Shown: one piece after another, positions 30,460 to 40,647 of the stretch
Position numbering within the stretch: the first letter of the stretch is position 1
How the letters are laid out: every line of letters starts with the position of its first letter
Assembly: GCA_040905715.1 (NCBI GenBank)
Contig: JBBDRA010000002.1
Location: 101,968 to 165,967, forward strand
Reading direction: 5' to 3'
Source of the DNA: Minisyncoccota bacterium
GTDB lineage: Bacteria > Patescibacteriota > Minisyncoccia > Phycocordibacterales > CSBR16-193
DNA length: 64,000 nt
Notes under the pieces: generated by a model
Told to the model about the DNA's origin: nothing
Databases searched by the model: none
The model's input: only the letters and a program-made list of their open reading frames with translations
Position numbers and translations under genes: made by a program

Positions 30460-31170
30460 TTATTCGGAGGTCGTCCATTCGAAACCGCGGTCGTGGATCG
30501 TCTGGTTGGGACCTCCCACAACCTCGATCCGCTCTCCGGGCTGATCGCGTTCTTTGAGCGCATCAGCTTCGCTGGTGTAGCGATCGGATGAGGAGCTACC
30601 AGACGGGATCCGTTGACTCTCAACTCGCCGAGTGTCGTCACGAACCGGCACTCGAGCAGATTCGAGTCGCTGACGAGTGACAGTATATGCTTGTCCTTGA
30701 GCACGAAACTTTGCCGCATCGCGTTCGCCGATTGCTCCGCCGGCTTCCGACTCGCCGGGTTGAGCCACGTGCTCCTCAGCGTACATGAACTCAAGGTTTT
30801 GGTTGTGTTCCTGGCGGCTTTGCCTGGAGATGATGTCGGAAGTATTGTTATCCTCGCGAATGTTGTTGTCGGCGCCAGCATTGTCGGCGCGGATGTCGTT
30901 GGACGTACGGACCGTATCGAGATTACCTCTGTTTCTGGTTCGAACCGTATCTCGCTCGAGATCGTGCTCGTGGTCCTGCTCTTCGCGGTCCTTGTCGCGT
31001 TTGTGGTCGCGCTCCTCTTCGATATCGTCGAGAATAACGTCGGCAACCTTTTCGCCGATGTCATCGCCGAACCAGTCCTTGATATCATTCGCCTCGGCAG
31101 GTGCCGGGGAAACGAACGAAACGAAACTGAACGAGAGAATTGCCAGTGTGGTCAAGATCGTCGTACGCAT
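30460..31170 (-). CDS. Hypothetical secreted, highly charged protein
   Basis: AGGAGG RBS before MRTTILTT; signal peptide ending AEA. Confidence 0.7.
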   Translation of the reverse strand: MRTTILTTLAILSFSFVSFVSPAPAEANDIKDWFGDDIGEKVADVILDDIEEERDHKRDKDREEQDHEHDLERDTVRTRNRGNLDTVRTSNDIRADNAGADNNIREDNNTSDIISRQSRQEHNQNLEFMYAEEHVAQPGESEAGGAIGERDAAKFRAQGQAYTVTRQRLESARVPVRDDTRRVESQRIPSGSSSSDRYTSEADALKERDQPGERIEVVGGPNQTIHDRGFEWTTSE

Positions 31171-31307
31171 AGCGCACCTCCTAAAAAGTGGTTTGTTTGA
31201 TCTGAAACGAGCCCTCACATTTCTGGGTCTATTATACATCTATACAAATATTTGTCAAGACCCTGTAAACTCTCTCATGCACTGTTTTCTGTGCTACAAT
31301 ACGCTCA

Positions 31308-31766
31308 ATGACGACCGTTTCGGAAGGTGAATTACAGGGCTTTGTTGAGCGTTTTTTGCAGGAGATATCAGAAAACACAGCGACTGACCGTACAAAATCG
31401 GTCGTTGTGGCTTTGTCCGGGGATCTGGGGGCCGGAAAAACCACCTTCACCCGTACGCTTGCCCGTGTTCTGGGTGTAACCGGACCGGTCACCAGTCCGA
31501 CCTTTGTGATCGAGCAGGTGTATGACCTACCGGCTGACAAGAACTTTGGTCACCTGGTTCACATTGATGCGTACCGACTTGAGAGCTCTGAAGACCTCCG
31601 AAGACTTGGCTGGGATGACATTGTTGCAGATCCGGCTAATTGTATTGTGGTTGAGTGGGCACAGAAGGTTGCAGATATACTACCTGAGGATGCGGTGTGG
31701 TTGATGTTTGAGGTGGTGGGAGAGAAGGAGAGGGAAATAACTACAGGACCTCAAATCAAACACTGA
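31308..31766 (+). CDS. tsaE: tRNA t6A biosynthesis ATPase TsaE
   Basis: GDLGAGKTTF, SPTF, HIDAYRL, VVEW. Confidence 0.95.
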   Translation: MTTVSEGELQGFVERFLQEISENTATDRTKSVVVALSGDLGAGKTTFTRTLARVLGVTGPVTSPTFVIEQVYDLPADKNFGHLVHIDAYRLESSEDLRRLGWDDIVADPANCIVVEWAQKVADILPEDAVWLMFEVVGEKEREITTGPQIKH

Positions 31767-31803
31767 ATACCGGATACCGGATACTGAATACAGACTACCG
31801 AAC
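31762..31803 (+). repeat. Degenerate heptamer tandem repeat (ACYGRAT-like)
   Basis: ACTGAAT ACCGGAT ACCGGAT ACTGAAT ACAGACT ACCGAAC. Confidence 0.7.
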
Positions 31804-31808
31804 TAGTT

Positions 31809-34235
31809 ATGTCACCAAAAACTAAAAAATCTGCAAAGAACGAACAAGACAAAAAGCGTCTGGTCTTGCTCGACGCTCATGCGATCTTGCATCGCGGGTA
31901 TCATGCCCTGCCGGCCTTCTCGACCACGAAAGGTGAGCCCACCGGTGCGCTCTACGGCCTCTCGACCATTCTCGTGAAGCTCATTGGCGATCTTAAGCCG
32001 GATTATATTGTCGCCTGTTACGATCTTCCCGAGCCAACTCATCGCCACGAAGCATACGATGCTTACAAGCAGGGACGAAAAGCGACTGACGAAGAGCTCA
32101 TCTCGCAGATCATCAATTCGCGCGAGATATTTGCGGCGTTCGGTATTCCGATGTACGAGGCGCCGGGTTTTGAGGCAGATGATCTGCTTGGTACAGCCGT
32201 TGAGCAATTCAAGGAGAGAGATGACATTGATATTGTGATCGCGTCCGGAGATATGGATACCATGCAGCTTGTCGATGATAAGCGGGTGCAGGTGTATACG
32301 ATGAAAAAAGGGATTCAGGACACCGTAATGTACGACGAAGATGCGGTGAAGGCGCGGTTCGGGTTTGGCCCAAAGCTTCTGCCTGACTACAAAGGTTTGG
32401 CCGGTGACCCTTCCGACAATATCCCCGGCGTTGCCGGCATAGGAGAGAAAACGGCAACACTGTTGATACAGGCGTTCGGAAGCATTGAAAAGATCTATAA
32501 AACGCTTAAGAAAAGCCCCGAGAAATTCGAAGAGGCGGGGATAAAGAAGCGAGTGGTTACGTTACTAGAGGAAAACAAAGACGAGGCAGAGTTTTCGAAA
32601 ATGTTGGCCACGATCCGGCTTGACGCACCGGTCGAATTCACGCTTTCCGACCGCGAATGGCGTGACGGTATTGATTTTGAAAAGACCCGGGAGGTTTTCC
32701 AGCGTTTTGAGTTTCGTAATCTCGAGCAACGTCTGCGGGAGGTGATCGCAACCGAAGACGAGCGGACAAAGATGGAGGAAGAAAAAGAGCAGCGTGCTCA
32801 GGTGCAGAAGAGCGACATCAACCAGGACGAGCTTGCCGAGACCGCTATTGCGCTGTGGCTTGTAAACTCAAGTACCACCTCGCCTACACTCGAGGATGTA
32901 CTTGCGTACGCGAATGCGACAGCGTTTGCAGAGGCGCGGGAGGTGATATTCCAAAAGCTTAAGGAGAACGAACTCGAAAACGTGTTTTATCAGATCGAGA
33001 AGCCGATCATTCCCATTGTGGCAAAAATGAGAGAGCGCGGCATAGTGATCGATCGCACATATCTCGCTGGCTTATCAGAGAAGTATCACATAGAACTCGA
33101 TCGGATCGAGAAAAAGATTCACACTCTGGCCGGCCGGGAGTTTAATATCAATTCACCAAAGCAGCTCGGCGAGGTGTTGTTCGACGAGCTGAGTCTCGCG
33201 CCTAAAAATCATCGTAAAACTTCCACCGGTGCTCGCTCGACAGCTGAGTCAGAGCTTAGAAAACTCGAAGGCGAGCACGAGATCATCGATTGTATTCTCC
33301 AGCACCGCGAACTTTCTAAACTTTTAGGGACGTATATTGATGCAATTCCCGACGGTCTTGATACACATGATAGGCTTCATGCTGAATTTCTTCAGGCCGG
33401 CACAACCACCGGTCGGATGTCCTCGCAGAATCCGAACTTGCAGAATATACCGATCCGGACCGAGCTTGGTCGGAATATTCGCAATGCGTTCGTGGCAAGC
33501 GAGGGATATGTTCTCGCCGCACTTGATTACTCGCAGATCGAACTTCGAGTATCTGCGTTTCTTTCGGGCGATGCTAAATTAATTAAAGCGTTCAAGGATC
33601 GTGAGGATATTCACACGGCTGTTGCGGCGGAAGTGTTCGAGGTTCCTGTTGAGGAGGTTGATAAGGAAATGCGTCGGAAGGCCAAGGTGATCAACTTCGG
33701 GATCATTTACGGCATGGGCGTAAATGCCCTGAAGACCAATCTCGGTACTGACCGCAAAGAAGCCCAGCAGTTTTACAATCGCTACTTTGAGAAGTTCAGT
33801 GGATTGGCAAAATATCTGGAGCACTTAAAAGATGAGGCGCACCAGCAGGGCTACAGCGAAACGCTCTTTGGCCGTCGTCGTTATTTTGAAGGTCTTGATT
33901 CACGTCTTCCGCAAGTGCGGGCCGGTGCGGAGCGCATGGCGATCAATGCGCCGATCCAGGGAACCGCTGCTGATATTCTCAAGATCGCTATGAAACGTGT
34001 TGACGAAAAATTGTGTGAACGCGCTGACGACAAGCAGACGTATCTTTTGCTTCAGGTACACGATGAGCTCGTCTACGAGGTGCCGGAAGGTTTGGTCGAC
34101 CAGATAGTACCACTGATCGAGGAAGCAATGGAATCGGTCCTGAGTGAAGAAGAGACAAAAGGTGTTCCTTTAGCAGCCGAGGCAGAAGTTGGTAAGAATT
34201 GGGGTGAGATGAAGTCGATCGAAAACGAAGGATAA
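31809..34235 (+). CDS. polA: DNA polymerase I
   Basis: 5'-3' exonuclease motifs EADD and GDPSDNIPGV; polymerase motifs DYSQIELR, KVINFGIIYG, QVHDEL. Confidence 0.97.
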   Translation: MSPKTKKSAKNEQDKKRLVLLDAHAILHRGYHALPAFSTTKGEPTGALYGLSTILVKLIGDLKPDYIVACYDLPEPTHRHEAYDAYKQGRKATDEELISQIINSREIFAAFGIPMYEAPGFEADDLLGTAVEQFKERDDIDIVIASGDMDTMQLVDDKRVQVYTMKKGIQDTVMYDEDAVKARFGFGPKLLPDYKGLAGDPSDNIPGVAGIGEKTATLLIQAFGSIEKIYKTLKKSPEKFEEAGIKKRVVTLLEENKDEAEFSKMLATIRLDAPVEFTLSDREWRDGIDFEKTREVFQRFEFRNLEQRLREVIATEDERTKMEEEKEQRAQVQKSDINQDELAETAIALWLVNSSTTSPTLEDVLAYANATAFAEAREVIFQKLKENELENVFYQIEKPIIPIVAKMRERGIVIDRTYLAGLSEKYHIELDRIEKKIHTLAGREFNINSPKQLGEVLFDELSLAPKNHRKTSTGARSTAESELRKLEGEHEIIDCILQHRELSKLLGTYIDAIPDGLDTHDRLHAEFLQAGTTTGRMSSQNPNLQNIPIRTELGRNIRNAFVASEGYVLAALDYSQIELRVSAFLSGDAKLIKAFKDREDIHTAVAAEVFEVPVEEVDKEMRRKAKVINFGIIYGMGVNALKTNLGTDRKEAQQFYNRYFEKFSGLAKYLEHLKDEAHQQGYSETLFGRRRYFEGLDSRLPQVRAGAERMAINAPIQGTAADILKIAMKRVDEKLCERADDKQTYLLLQVHDELVYEVPEGLVDQIVPLIEEAMESVLSEEETKGVPLAAEAEVGKNWGEMKSIENEG

Positions 34236-34241
34236 GAACAT

Positions 34242-34955
34242 ATGCTTTACATTCTCTACGGTTCAGATTTTCAAAAGCGAAATACCAAGCTTAACCAGCT
34301 CTTGTTAGGTTTGGAGAAAAAACGCCCGAACGCGGAGCTTTTTAAACTCGACGAGATGGATATTAGCCCGGTACGACTCGAGGAGTTGGCCGGTTCACAG
34401 GGGTTATTTGATAGCAAATACATTGTTCAGATCGATCAGGTGATGGATATAGCTGATGCGCGTGAGACGGTTCTCGAGAGCGCGAAGTCCCTCGGTGAGT
34501 CAGAAAATGTTTTTATTATTGTGGAGAACGAACTTTCAAAAGCGGTTCTTAAAAGGCTTGAGAAACACGCTGAACGGGTCGAAGAGTTTTCTAAAAAGAA
34601 GGAAGGGAAAAAAGAGTTTAATACCTTTGCGCTCGCTGATGCACTCGGCAAGCGAGATCGCAAAGCGCTCTGGGTGGAGTATCAGAAGAATTGTCGGGAG
34701 CTCAAGGCACCAGAGGAAATACACGGTGTTTTGTTCTGGCAGCTTAAGTCAATCGCTATCGCACAGCAAACAAATTCAGCTGAAGAGGCAGGAATGAAAG
34801 CGTTTCCGTATTCCAAAGCAAAGGGGTTTGGGAAGAACTATACTGACAAAGAGTTGTACGATCTCCTCGGTGATCTTGTTGAGCGCTACCATCTGGCTCG
34901 CCGAGGAGAAGGTGATATGTCGACACAGTTGGAGCAGTTTGTGCTTACCGTGTAA
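34242..34955 (+). CDS. DNA polymerase III delta subunit-like (HolA) protein
   Basis: MLYILYGSD, GLFDSK, FALADAL, FPYSKAK, LEQFVL. Confidence 0.7.
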   Translation: MLYILYGSDFQKRNTKLNQLLLGLEKKRPNAELFKLDEMDISPVRLEELAGSQGLFDSKYIVQIDQVMDIADARETVLESAKSLGESENVFIIVENELSKAVLKRLEKHAERVEEFSKKKEGKKEFNTFALADALGKRDRKALWVEYQKNCRELKAPEEIHGVLFWQLKSIAIAQQTNSAEEAGMKAFPYSKAKGFGKNYTDKELYDLLGDLVERYHLARRGEGDMSTQLEQFVLTV

Positions 34956-34976
34956 GGGGTTTACAGAAACATTTCA

Positions 34977-35166
34977 TGTCCGCCCGGTAGCCTGCCTGCC
35001 GGAAGGCAGGGAATCGCCTCTCCCTTCGGTCGAAATGCGCTAAAAACATAGTCGCAAGCCTGTCTGCCAACAGGCAGGCTCCTTGTTTTTAGGCACCTTC
35101 GGTTCGATTCCTTCCCAAGCATACAAAACAAAGGCACGGGAGAAAACCCGTGCCTTTGTTTTGTTG
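34977..35166 (-). mobile_element. tRNA-Lys 3' trailer cassette ending in a duplicate of the tRNA 3' end
   Basis: TGTCCGCCCGGTAG[20-bp insert]GAATCG at 34977-35016 matches 35165-35184; inverted T-arm GGTTCGATTCCT at 35101-35112; hairpin 35124-35164. Confidence 0.75.
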
Positions 35167-35239
35167 TCCGCCCGGTAGGAATCGAACCTACGACCGTCTC
35201 CTTAAAAGGGAGCTGCTCTACCGACTGAGCTACGGGCGG
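35167..35239 (-). tRNA. tRNA-Lys(TTT)
   Basis: Cloverleaf CCGCCCG/CGGGCGG, anticodon loop CTTTTAA, GGTTCGATTCC. Confidence 0.95.
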
Positions 35240-35395
35240 AAGTGAGGACGATCAGAAATATATCATATATATTTATGTTTCGTCCGAATGCACCGCCCGA
35301 AAGATTTTCTTACGGGCGGGAATGAGCGGTATCGCGCGAGAGCTAGCTCTCGCATGATCCGCGATTGACCGTTCGCAAGCTTTGCTTACGGGCGG
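35240..35395 (-). mobile_element. Two tandem tRNA-Lys 5' leader cassettes
   Basis: tRNA nt 1-9 (CCGCCCGTA) repeated at 35311-35319 and 35387-35395; units start AG(C)AAAG/TCTT and end CTCAYT. Confidence 0.75.
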
Positions 35396-35469
35396 GTAAT
35401 TTGCGGCAAGAGTATTATTGCTCTTGCGTTGATTTCAATTTATAGCATAGAATAGAGAGCGTTTCAATT

Positions 35470-35937
35470 ATGGCCACTTATTTATTACTCCACAACATTC
35501 GCTCCACCTACAATGTCGGTTCTATTTTTCGGACAGCTGATGCTGCCGGTGTTGAGAAAATATTTCTGACCGGCTACACGCCAACACCGACCGATCGACA
35601 CGGACGGACGCGAAGCGACATTTCCAAGACCGCATTAGGCGCCGAAGGTTCTGTTGCGTGGGAGTATCATGCTCAGCCCGGGCCACTCGTAAAGGAACTA
35701 AAAGATCAAAGCGTTCGGGTGGTGGGTGTTGAGCAGGATGAGCGGTCAATTCCGCTTACGAAATATTCATCTCAGAAAAAAGAATTGCAAGATATTTGCT
35801 GGATCTTAGGAAACGAAGTGCGGGGCATATCTTCTCAGTTGCGCCGTCAGTGCGATGAGCTCGTCGAGATACCGATGTGCGGAAAGAAAGAATCACTCAA
35901 TGTTTCAGTTGCTGCCGGTATTGTACTTTTTTGTTGA
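35470..35937 (+). CDS. TrmH/SpoU family RNA methyltransferase
   Basis: NIRSTYNVGSIFRTAD, LGNEVRGI, IPM.G.KESLNVSVAAGI. Confidence 0.92.
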   Translation: MATYLLLHNIRSTYNVGSIFRTADAAGVEKIFLTGYTPTPTDRHGRTRSDISKTALGAEGSVAWEYHAQPGPLVKELKDQSVRVVGVEQDERSIPLTKYSSQKKELQDICWILGNEVRGISSQLRRQCDELVEIPMCGKKESLNVSVAAGIVLFC

Positions 35938-35940
35938 TAG

Positions 35941-36525
35941 TTACTCGTCTTGTTCGCGATGTTTAAAAAGCCACTTTACTGCAGGTCGGCCAACAAAATA
36001 GATGCCAAGGGTGACGGCCAGTAATGCAGTAAGCGCGATCTGGAGGCCAAATGCTGTATCTTCTAGCGTTGCAAGACCGGCACCCAAAACAAGACCGATC
36101 ACCGTAAGCAGTAGAATCCAGACAATGTTGCTTAGTAGTACAACAAGGGCGTATTGCCAAAGCGGAACTCGGTATATTCCGGCCAGGAGCTGAAAGACCA
36201 TTCGGGTGCCGAATAAGAATTTTGAATAAAATAACACGCGGAGTTTATGTTGTCTAAAGAACTCATCAAACGGTTTTGCTCGGTCGAGTCTAGACCGTAC
36301 GTATCGATAGTGCGCTAATCGCTCTTTCGGAATAAGGAGACCGAGCGTATACCAAAAAGTGTCGGCGAGCAGGGCTCCGCATAGTGTAAATATAAGCACA
36401 AGCTCTAGATCCAGGCGCCCGGTATAGCCAAGATAAATACCCGGAAGCACGAAAGCCTCGCCTAAAAAAATAACTCCTATAGTGTAGGCGAAATAAAAGT
36501 AGACGATTGCTGGAAATGAGAACAT
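35941..36525 (-). CDS. DedA/VTT family membrane protein
   Basis: GE..VLPG.YL, G.L.ADT.WY.LG, SKFLFGTR. Confidence 0.85.
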   Translation of the reverse strand: MFSFPAIVYFYFAYTIGVIFLGEAFVLPGIYLGYTGRLDLELVLIFTLCGALLADTFWYTLGLLIPKERLAHYRYVRSRLDRAKPFDEFFRQHKLRVLFYSKFLFGTRMVFQLLAGIYRVPLWQYALVVLLSNIVWILLLTVIGLVLGAGLATLEDTAFGLQIALTALLAVTLGIYFVGRPAVKWLFKHREQDE

Positions 36526-36562
36526 TATAAAAATGATCAAGACCTAAAGACCGCCATCTGCA

Positions 36563-37147
36563 TTATCTGCTTGCTCGGGAGAAAGATAGTTTGCGTTTGG
36601 TGAACCAGTACACACCGGCATAGGAAAGGAGGGTGACAATAAGTGTTGCTGTGGCGGCGATGCCGGCACCGGTCATAACATCTTTAAGTACGTCAATGCT
36701 GGCGCCTAGGATGACACCGAACACGGTGGCCACACCAAACCACACGAGTGTGGCAGAGGTGCTCGCGAGGATGTAATGGCGATATGGTACATGGTTCATT
36801 CCGGCGAGCACCTGAAAGAAGATGCCGGTACCAAATAAAAACTTAGAAAGAAAGATCATTCGCAGCTTATGTTTGTCGTAAAAAGGTTTAAGCTTTTCTG
36901 CTCGTGCTGTTTCTCGTTGGATGAGTCGGTAGCGCATCAGACGCTGCTTTGGAAAGCGGCGACCTATACAGTACCAAAATGTATCTGAGAAAAGTGATCC
37001 AAGCAGAGCTACACCAAGAACGCTTAGAAGAGCAATGCCGCTCATATAGCCGAGATAAACAGCAGGGATAAGCGTGATCTCACCGGCAGAGATCATGCCA
37101 ACAAAGAGAGCGACAAAAAAATATTTAGTTATCCAGGTGGGGAGCAT
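36563..37147 (-). CDS. DedA/VTT family membrane protein (tandem paralog)
   Basis: AGEITLIPAVYL, GSLFSDTFWYCIGR, SKFLFGT. Confidence 0.85.
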   Translation of the reverse strand: MLPTWITKYFFVALFVGMISAGEITLIPAVYLGYMSGIALLSVLGVALLGSLFSDTFWYCIGRRFPKQRLMRYRLIQRETARAEKLKPFYDKHKLRMIFLSKFLFGTGIFFQVLAGMNHVPYRHYILASTSATLVWFGVATVFGVILGASIDVLKDVMTGAGIAATATLIVTLLSYAGVYWFTKRKLSFSRASR

Positions 37148-37168
37148 AAGGATATTCTTAGCATTTTA

Positions 37169-38125
37169 TTAGGTGTTGGCGGTTTTTTGGCAAACAGGAC
37201 AAAAATGCGCGCTTCTGCCACCAACAACAATTCTCTTTATTATACCAGAACATCCGCGACGTGAGCAGGGGGCGTCTTTTTTTCGATAAACTTGGTGAAA
37301 ATTCTGATATTGGCCTTTTTCTCCGTAAATATTACGGTAATCTGAATCGGAATCCCCACCTGTCTCAATGGCGCGGGCCATTACTTTTTTGAGTGACTGG
37401 TGGAGCTTTGTTAACTGTAGGTCACTGAGTTTCTGAACATCGGTTTCCGGATGTATGCTACTCATCCAGAGTGCTTCGTCGGAGTAGATGTTTCCCACCC
37501 CGGCAAGGACCGACTGATCCATTAGAACTGTTTTGATCCGCCCGCTTTGTTTCCGGCGGATCCGATCACGGAATGTTTTCGGGGATAGGTCGAACGGGTC
37601 AGGGCCAAGAGCTGAAATGTCACTGACGGTGTCTATAGTAGAAGTAGGAAGAAGTGTTATTTTTGCAAATTTACGCACATCAGAGAGAACAAGGTGCTTG
37701 TCGTTGGAAAGAGAAAAGACAAGATGGATAAACCGATTATATGGATCCCAGAGCGGGGAGTCTTTTTCTGCGACCGGAACCCACTTCTCGCCACGCCAGT
37801 TTTCAGGAACTCGTTTTGCACTCTGTAGATCTTTGGTTTTTGTATACCTGCCGTACATTACATGCCCTGTCATCTTCATATGGATCAGTATCGTGCGGTC
37901 GTTCGTGAGCTCGATCAATATATTCTTTCCGCGGCGCGTGGCATTGGTGATAGCTGCGCCGATGACGGCACGTTTGAATGTGCGGTAAAAACGCTCGCTT
38001 TTGAGGGTGTCGGTTCGATGGGTTGCGTCGACATGAATATCCGACCAGACGTCAGTGATCGTTGTTCCAACTAATTCCTTTCGAATCTGCGTAGTAGTTG
38101 TATGCACCTCGGGGAGTTCAGGCAT
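37169..38125 (-). CDS. mutM: Formamidopyrimidine-DNA glycosylase
   Basis: MPELPEV, RRGK, HMKMTG, GVGNIYSDE, C-terminal Zn finger GRSAHFCPVCQ. Confidence 0.95.
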   Translation of the reverse strand: MPELPEVHTTTTQIRKELVGTTITDVWSDIHVDATHRTDTLKSERFYRTFKRAVIGAAITNATRRGKNILIELTNDRTILIHMKMTGHVMYGRYTKTKDLQSAKRVPENWRGEKWVPVAEKDSPLWDPYNRFIHLVFSLSNDKHLVLSDVRKFAKITLLPTSTIDTVSDISALGPDPFDLSPKTFRDRIRRKQSGRIKTVLMDQSVLAGVGNIYSDEALWMSSIHPETDVQKLSDLQLTKLHQSLKKVMARAIETGGDSDSDYRNIYGEKGQYQNFHQVYRKKDAPCSRRGCSGIIKRIVVGGRSAHFCPVCQKTANT

Positions 38126-38221
38126 ATGAGCAGTATCTAGATTGAGTATGTGGTAATTAGTACTCTAGTTTAGTGTTGATTAAAAGCGTAACATCCAGCA
38201 GGTGTTATACAGCAACATATA

Positions 38222-39532
38222 TTACCTACCTCTCAACTTTGCAAGTTCTTCTCGCGCTACTTCAGCATCACTCCACGGAGTTTTTGTGTTATTTGCTTCC
38301 ATGATGTACGGGTCGGTACCTTTGCCGGTGATGAGAACAACAATGTTTTTGTTTTGCTCACCCTCTGTAGCTTTTGTGAGGGAGGAAGCTTTTTGCAGGG
38401 CTGTATGAATAGCCTCTCGTCGATCCATAATGATCGCACACGGTTTTTTGGTGATGCTTGTTTTCATTTCCTCAACGATCGATCGAGGGTCTTCATCGTA
38501 CGGGTCTTCGTTCGTGAGGATGATCTCATCGCAATGAGTATCAGCGATCGTACCCATACTTTTTCGTTTCCAGGTGTCGCGTCCGCCGCCGGCGTTGCCA
38601 AGCACGCATACTTTTTTTGTTTTAGGAAATGTTTCGTAGAGTTGTTTGAGTGAGTCAGGGGTGTGGGCGTAGTCTATAAAAACACGAAAATCTTGTCCCT
38701 CGGTGATCTCCTCTACTCTGCCCGGTGTCCCGGTATAGGTCTCGATAGCTCGTTTAGCTGTTTCTACCGGTATGCCAAAGGTACGCAGACAGGTGAGAGC
38801 CGCGAGAATATTGGAGAGATTGAAGGCGCCGAGCAAAGGTGAAACCATAGATGTTTCTTCAAAGATAAATTCGAGACCGTTTTCACTGGTTGAGTATGGC
38901 TGTGCGTCTGCAAGCGAGAAAAGAACCGGTGAGCAACTGGAGCCCGCTGCGGTTACGAACTTGCTGTGTTCAGGGTCATCTGCGTTAGCAACTATATACT
39001 TAGGGGTTTTTGGTGAGCGCGCGAGCCCGCGGGCTATATCAAGTTTTGCTTCTCGGTACTGCTCAAAAGAGCCGTGCGATTCGATGTGCTCAGGGTGAAG
39101 GTTGGTGAAGATGAGTGCATCGAGTTCAATAAAACGGTGGCGGAACTGCTTGGCTCCTTCGGAGGTTAATTCAATAACTGCATAGGTACAACCGGTGTTT
39201 ACCGCTTGACGCATGGTCCGCTGAAGAAAGAATCGTCCCCGAACTGATGTTTTAAAGAGGTTCCGCTCTGATCGTTCGGCAACCTTTATGCGAACTGTAT
39301 TTGTGAGGACGGTCGGATGGCCGTTTTCTTCTAGGATAGCGTTAAGTAATTCTGTAGTAGTTGTCTTCCCTTTGGTTCCGGTTACAGCAATGACAGTGAG
39401 GTGTTTTGATGGGTTACGGTAAACAAGGTATCCCAAAAAAGCTAGTGAGAAATGATACGCCGGCTGGAAAAAATGAAACACACTCTTCGGGATCAGTTTT
39501 TTTATGGAGAATAAAATGTCATCGAGTTGCAT
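38222..39532 (-). CDS. murE: Mur ligase, MurE-like
   Basis: VTGTKGKTTT, FTNLHPEH, PGRVE, DYAHTPDS, GGGRD, ITGKG. Confidence 0.85.
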   Translation of the reverse strand: MQLDDILFSIKKLIPKSVFHFFQPAYHFSLAFLGYLVYRNPSKHLTVIAVTGTKGKTTTTELLNAILEENGHPTVLTNTVRIKVAERSERNLFKTSVRGRFFLQRTMRQAVNTGCTYAVIELTSEGAKQFRHRFIELDALIFTNLHPEHIESHGSFEQYREAKLDIARGLARSPKTPKYIVANADDPEHSKFVTAAGSSCSPVLFSLADAQPYSTSENGLEFIFEETSMVSPLLGAFNLSNILAALTCLRTFGIPVETAKRAIETYTGTPGRVEEITEGQDFRVFIDYAHTPDSLKQLYETFPKTKKVCVLGNAGGGRDTWKRKSMGTIADTHCDEIILTNEDPYDEDPRSIVEEMKTSITKKPCAIIMDRREAIHTALQKASSLTKATEGEQNKNIVVLITGKGTDPYIMEANNTKTPWSDAEVAREELAKLRGR

Positions 39533-39542
39533 ACGAGAAATG

Positions 39543-40112
39543 TTAGGCGCCCATGTTTTTAAGCGCTTCCTTAATACGCTCACCGGTGTCGGTAATGTCA
39601 GTTGGAAGGTTGCGTACAGCGTCGCGCGCCTCAGAGGCAGAGTAGCCTAATGAGGTAAGTGCTTCAAAGGTTTCACTATCGGTATCGCGGTACGTACCCG
39701 CTTCTTCGTCGACTGCTTCGAGCTTGCCACGCAATTCCAGCACGATCTTTTCAGCATTTTTTTTGCCAATGCCGGATACCTTTACGAGGTGGGAGGTGTC
39801 GCCGGCTGCGACGGCGTTCTTTAGGGCATTAGCATCGGCAACGTTAAGAATACCCAGAGCGCTTTTAGGACCGATACCGGAGACAGTGAGGAGGAGTTCA
39901 AAGAGCTGCACGTTCTCTTCGCTGGTAAATCCATAAAGATCGAGTGAGTTCTCTCGTACTGCTAGATGCGTCCAGAGCGTGATGTGCTCACTATGAGCGG
40001 TGTTGAGCGCAATGTCACTCGGGCAGTATACAACATAGCCAACACCGCCCGTGTCAATAACGAGTGAATTAGCGTTTTGAGATATGACAGTGCCGGTGAG
40101 TACGCGGATCAT
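39543..40112 (-). CDS. ruvA: Holliday junction DNA-binding protein RuvA
   Basis: GGVGY, VREN...LYGF, VSGIGPK, GIGKK.AEKI..EL; start set at MIRVLTG. Confidence 0.95.
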   Translation of the reverse strand: MIRVLTGTVISQNANSLVIDTGGVGYVVYCPSDIALNTAHSEHITLWTHLAVRENSLDLYGFTSEENVQLFELLLTVSGIGPKSALGILNVADANALKNAVAAGDTSHLVKVSGIGKKNAEKIVLELRGKLEAVDEEAGTYRDTDSETFEALTSLGYSASEARDAVRNLPTDITDTGERIKEALKNMGA

Positions 40113-40211
40113 GGCTTTATCATAACTTGTGAAGAGCGAAACTGGAAGCGCGCGCAAAAACAGTTCGTTGACAGTTATTAGTGTTTTACGTATAACAATT
40201 ATGGATAGTAC

Positions 40212-40598
40212 ATGCATGATATTCATTTCCTTCTAGATAAGGAGAGTCGCGTGACTACATCTTTGAATGGCGATAAGTTTTCGAAGTCGGTAGAAGCTCA
40301 GCTTCGGAGACTCGGTTTCAGGGCTGACGAACAGTGCGGCCGTCGGTACTGGGTGCGTGAGAAGAAAGACATATGGGACATATGGGTGTTCCGTAAAGCC
40401 GGCGTGTTCATTGTTCGACGACGACGGCGTCCGTGGATGAGGCGCTCCGGTCAATACAGGTGGCAGACTGCCAAGGAGGAGAAGGCGCTGGACTGGGTCC
40501 GCGGCTGGATCAAGGAAGAAACAGACGGAACACTTTCCCGTAAACGGAGTAGATTCTTTGCTCGCCAATGCTTGCCGAGACCCGTCAATCAGGTCTGA
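40212..40598 (+). CDS. Hypothetical Trp/Arg-rich protein
   Basis: 128-aa ORF with an upstream TTGACA...TATAAC promoter-like sequence and a downstream terminator. Confidence 0.5.
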   Translation: MHDIHFLLDKESRVTTSLNGDKFSKSVEAQLRRLGFRADEQCGRRYWVREKKDIWDIWVFRKAGVFIVRRRRRPWMRRSGQYRWQTAKEEKALDWVRGWIKEETDGTLSRKRSRFFARQCLPRPVNQV

Positions 40599-40617
40599 AG
40601 CCCGTTTCCACACCAGC

Positions 40618-40647
40618 AAGACGTCGAGGTATCCTCGACGTCTTTTT
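40618..40647 (+). terminator. Intrinsic terminator
   Basis: AAGACGTCGAGG-TAT-CCTCGACGTCTTTTT. Confidence 0.75.

Noticed and set aside
25117-31330. Long antisense ORFs (e.g. 25117-25827, 30613-31200, 30785-31330)
   Set aside because: They are shadows of well-supported genes on the opposite strand and have no motifs.
31809-34235. PolA with a reduced 3'-5' exonuclease region as a novelty
   Set aside because: Loss or degeneration of this domain is common in bacterial Pol I.
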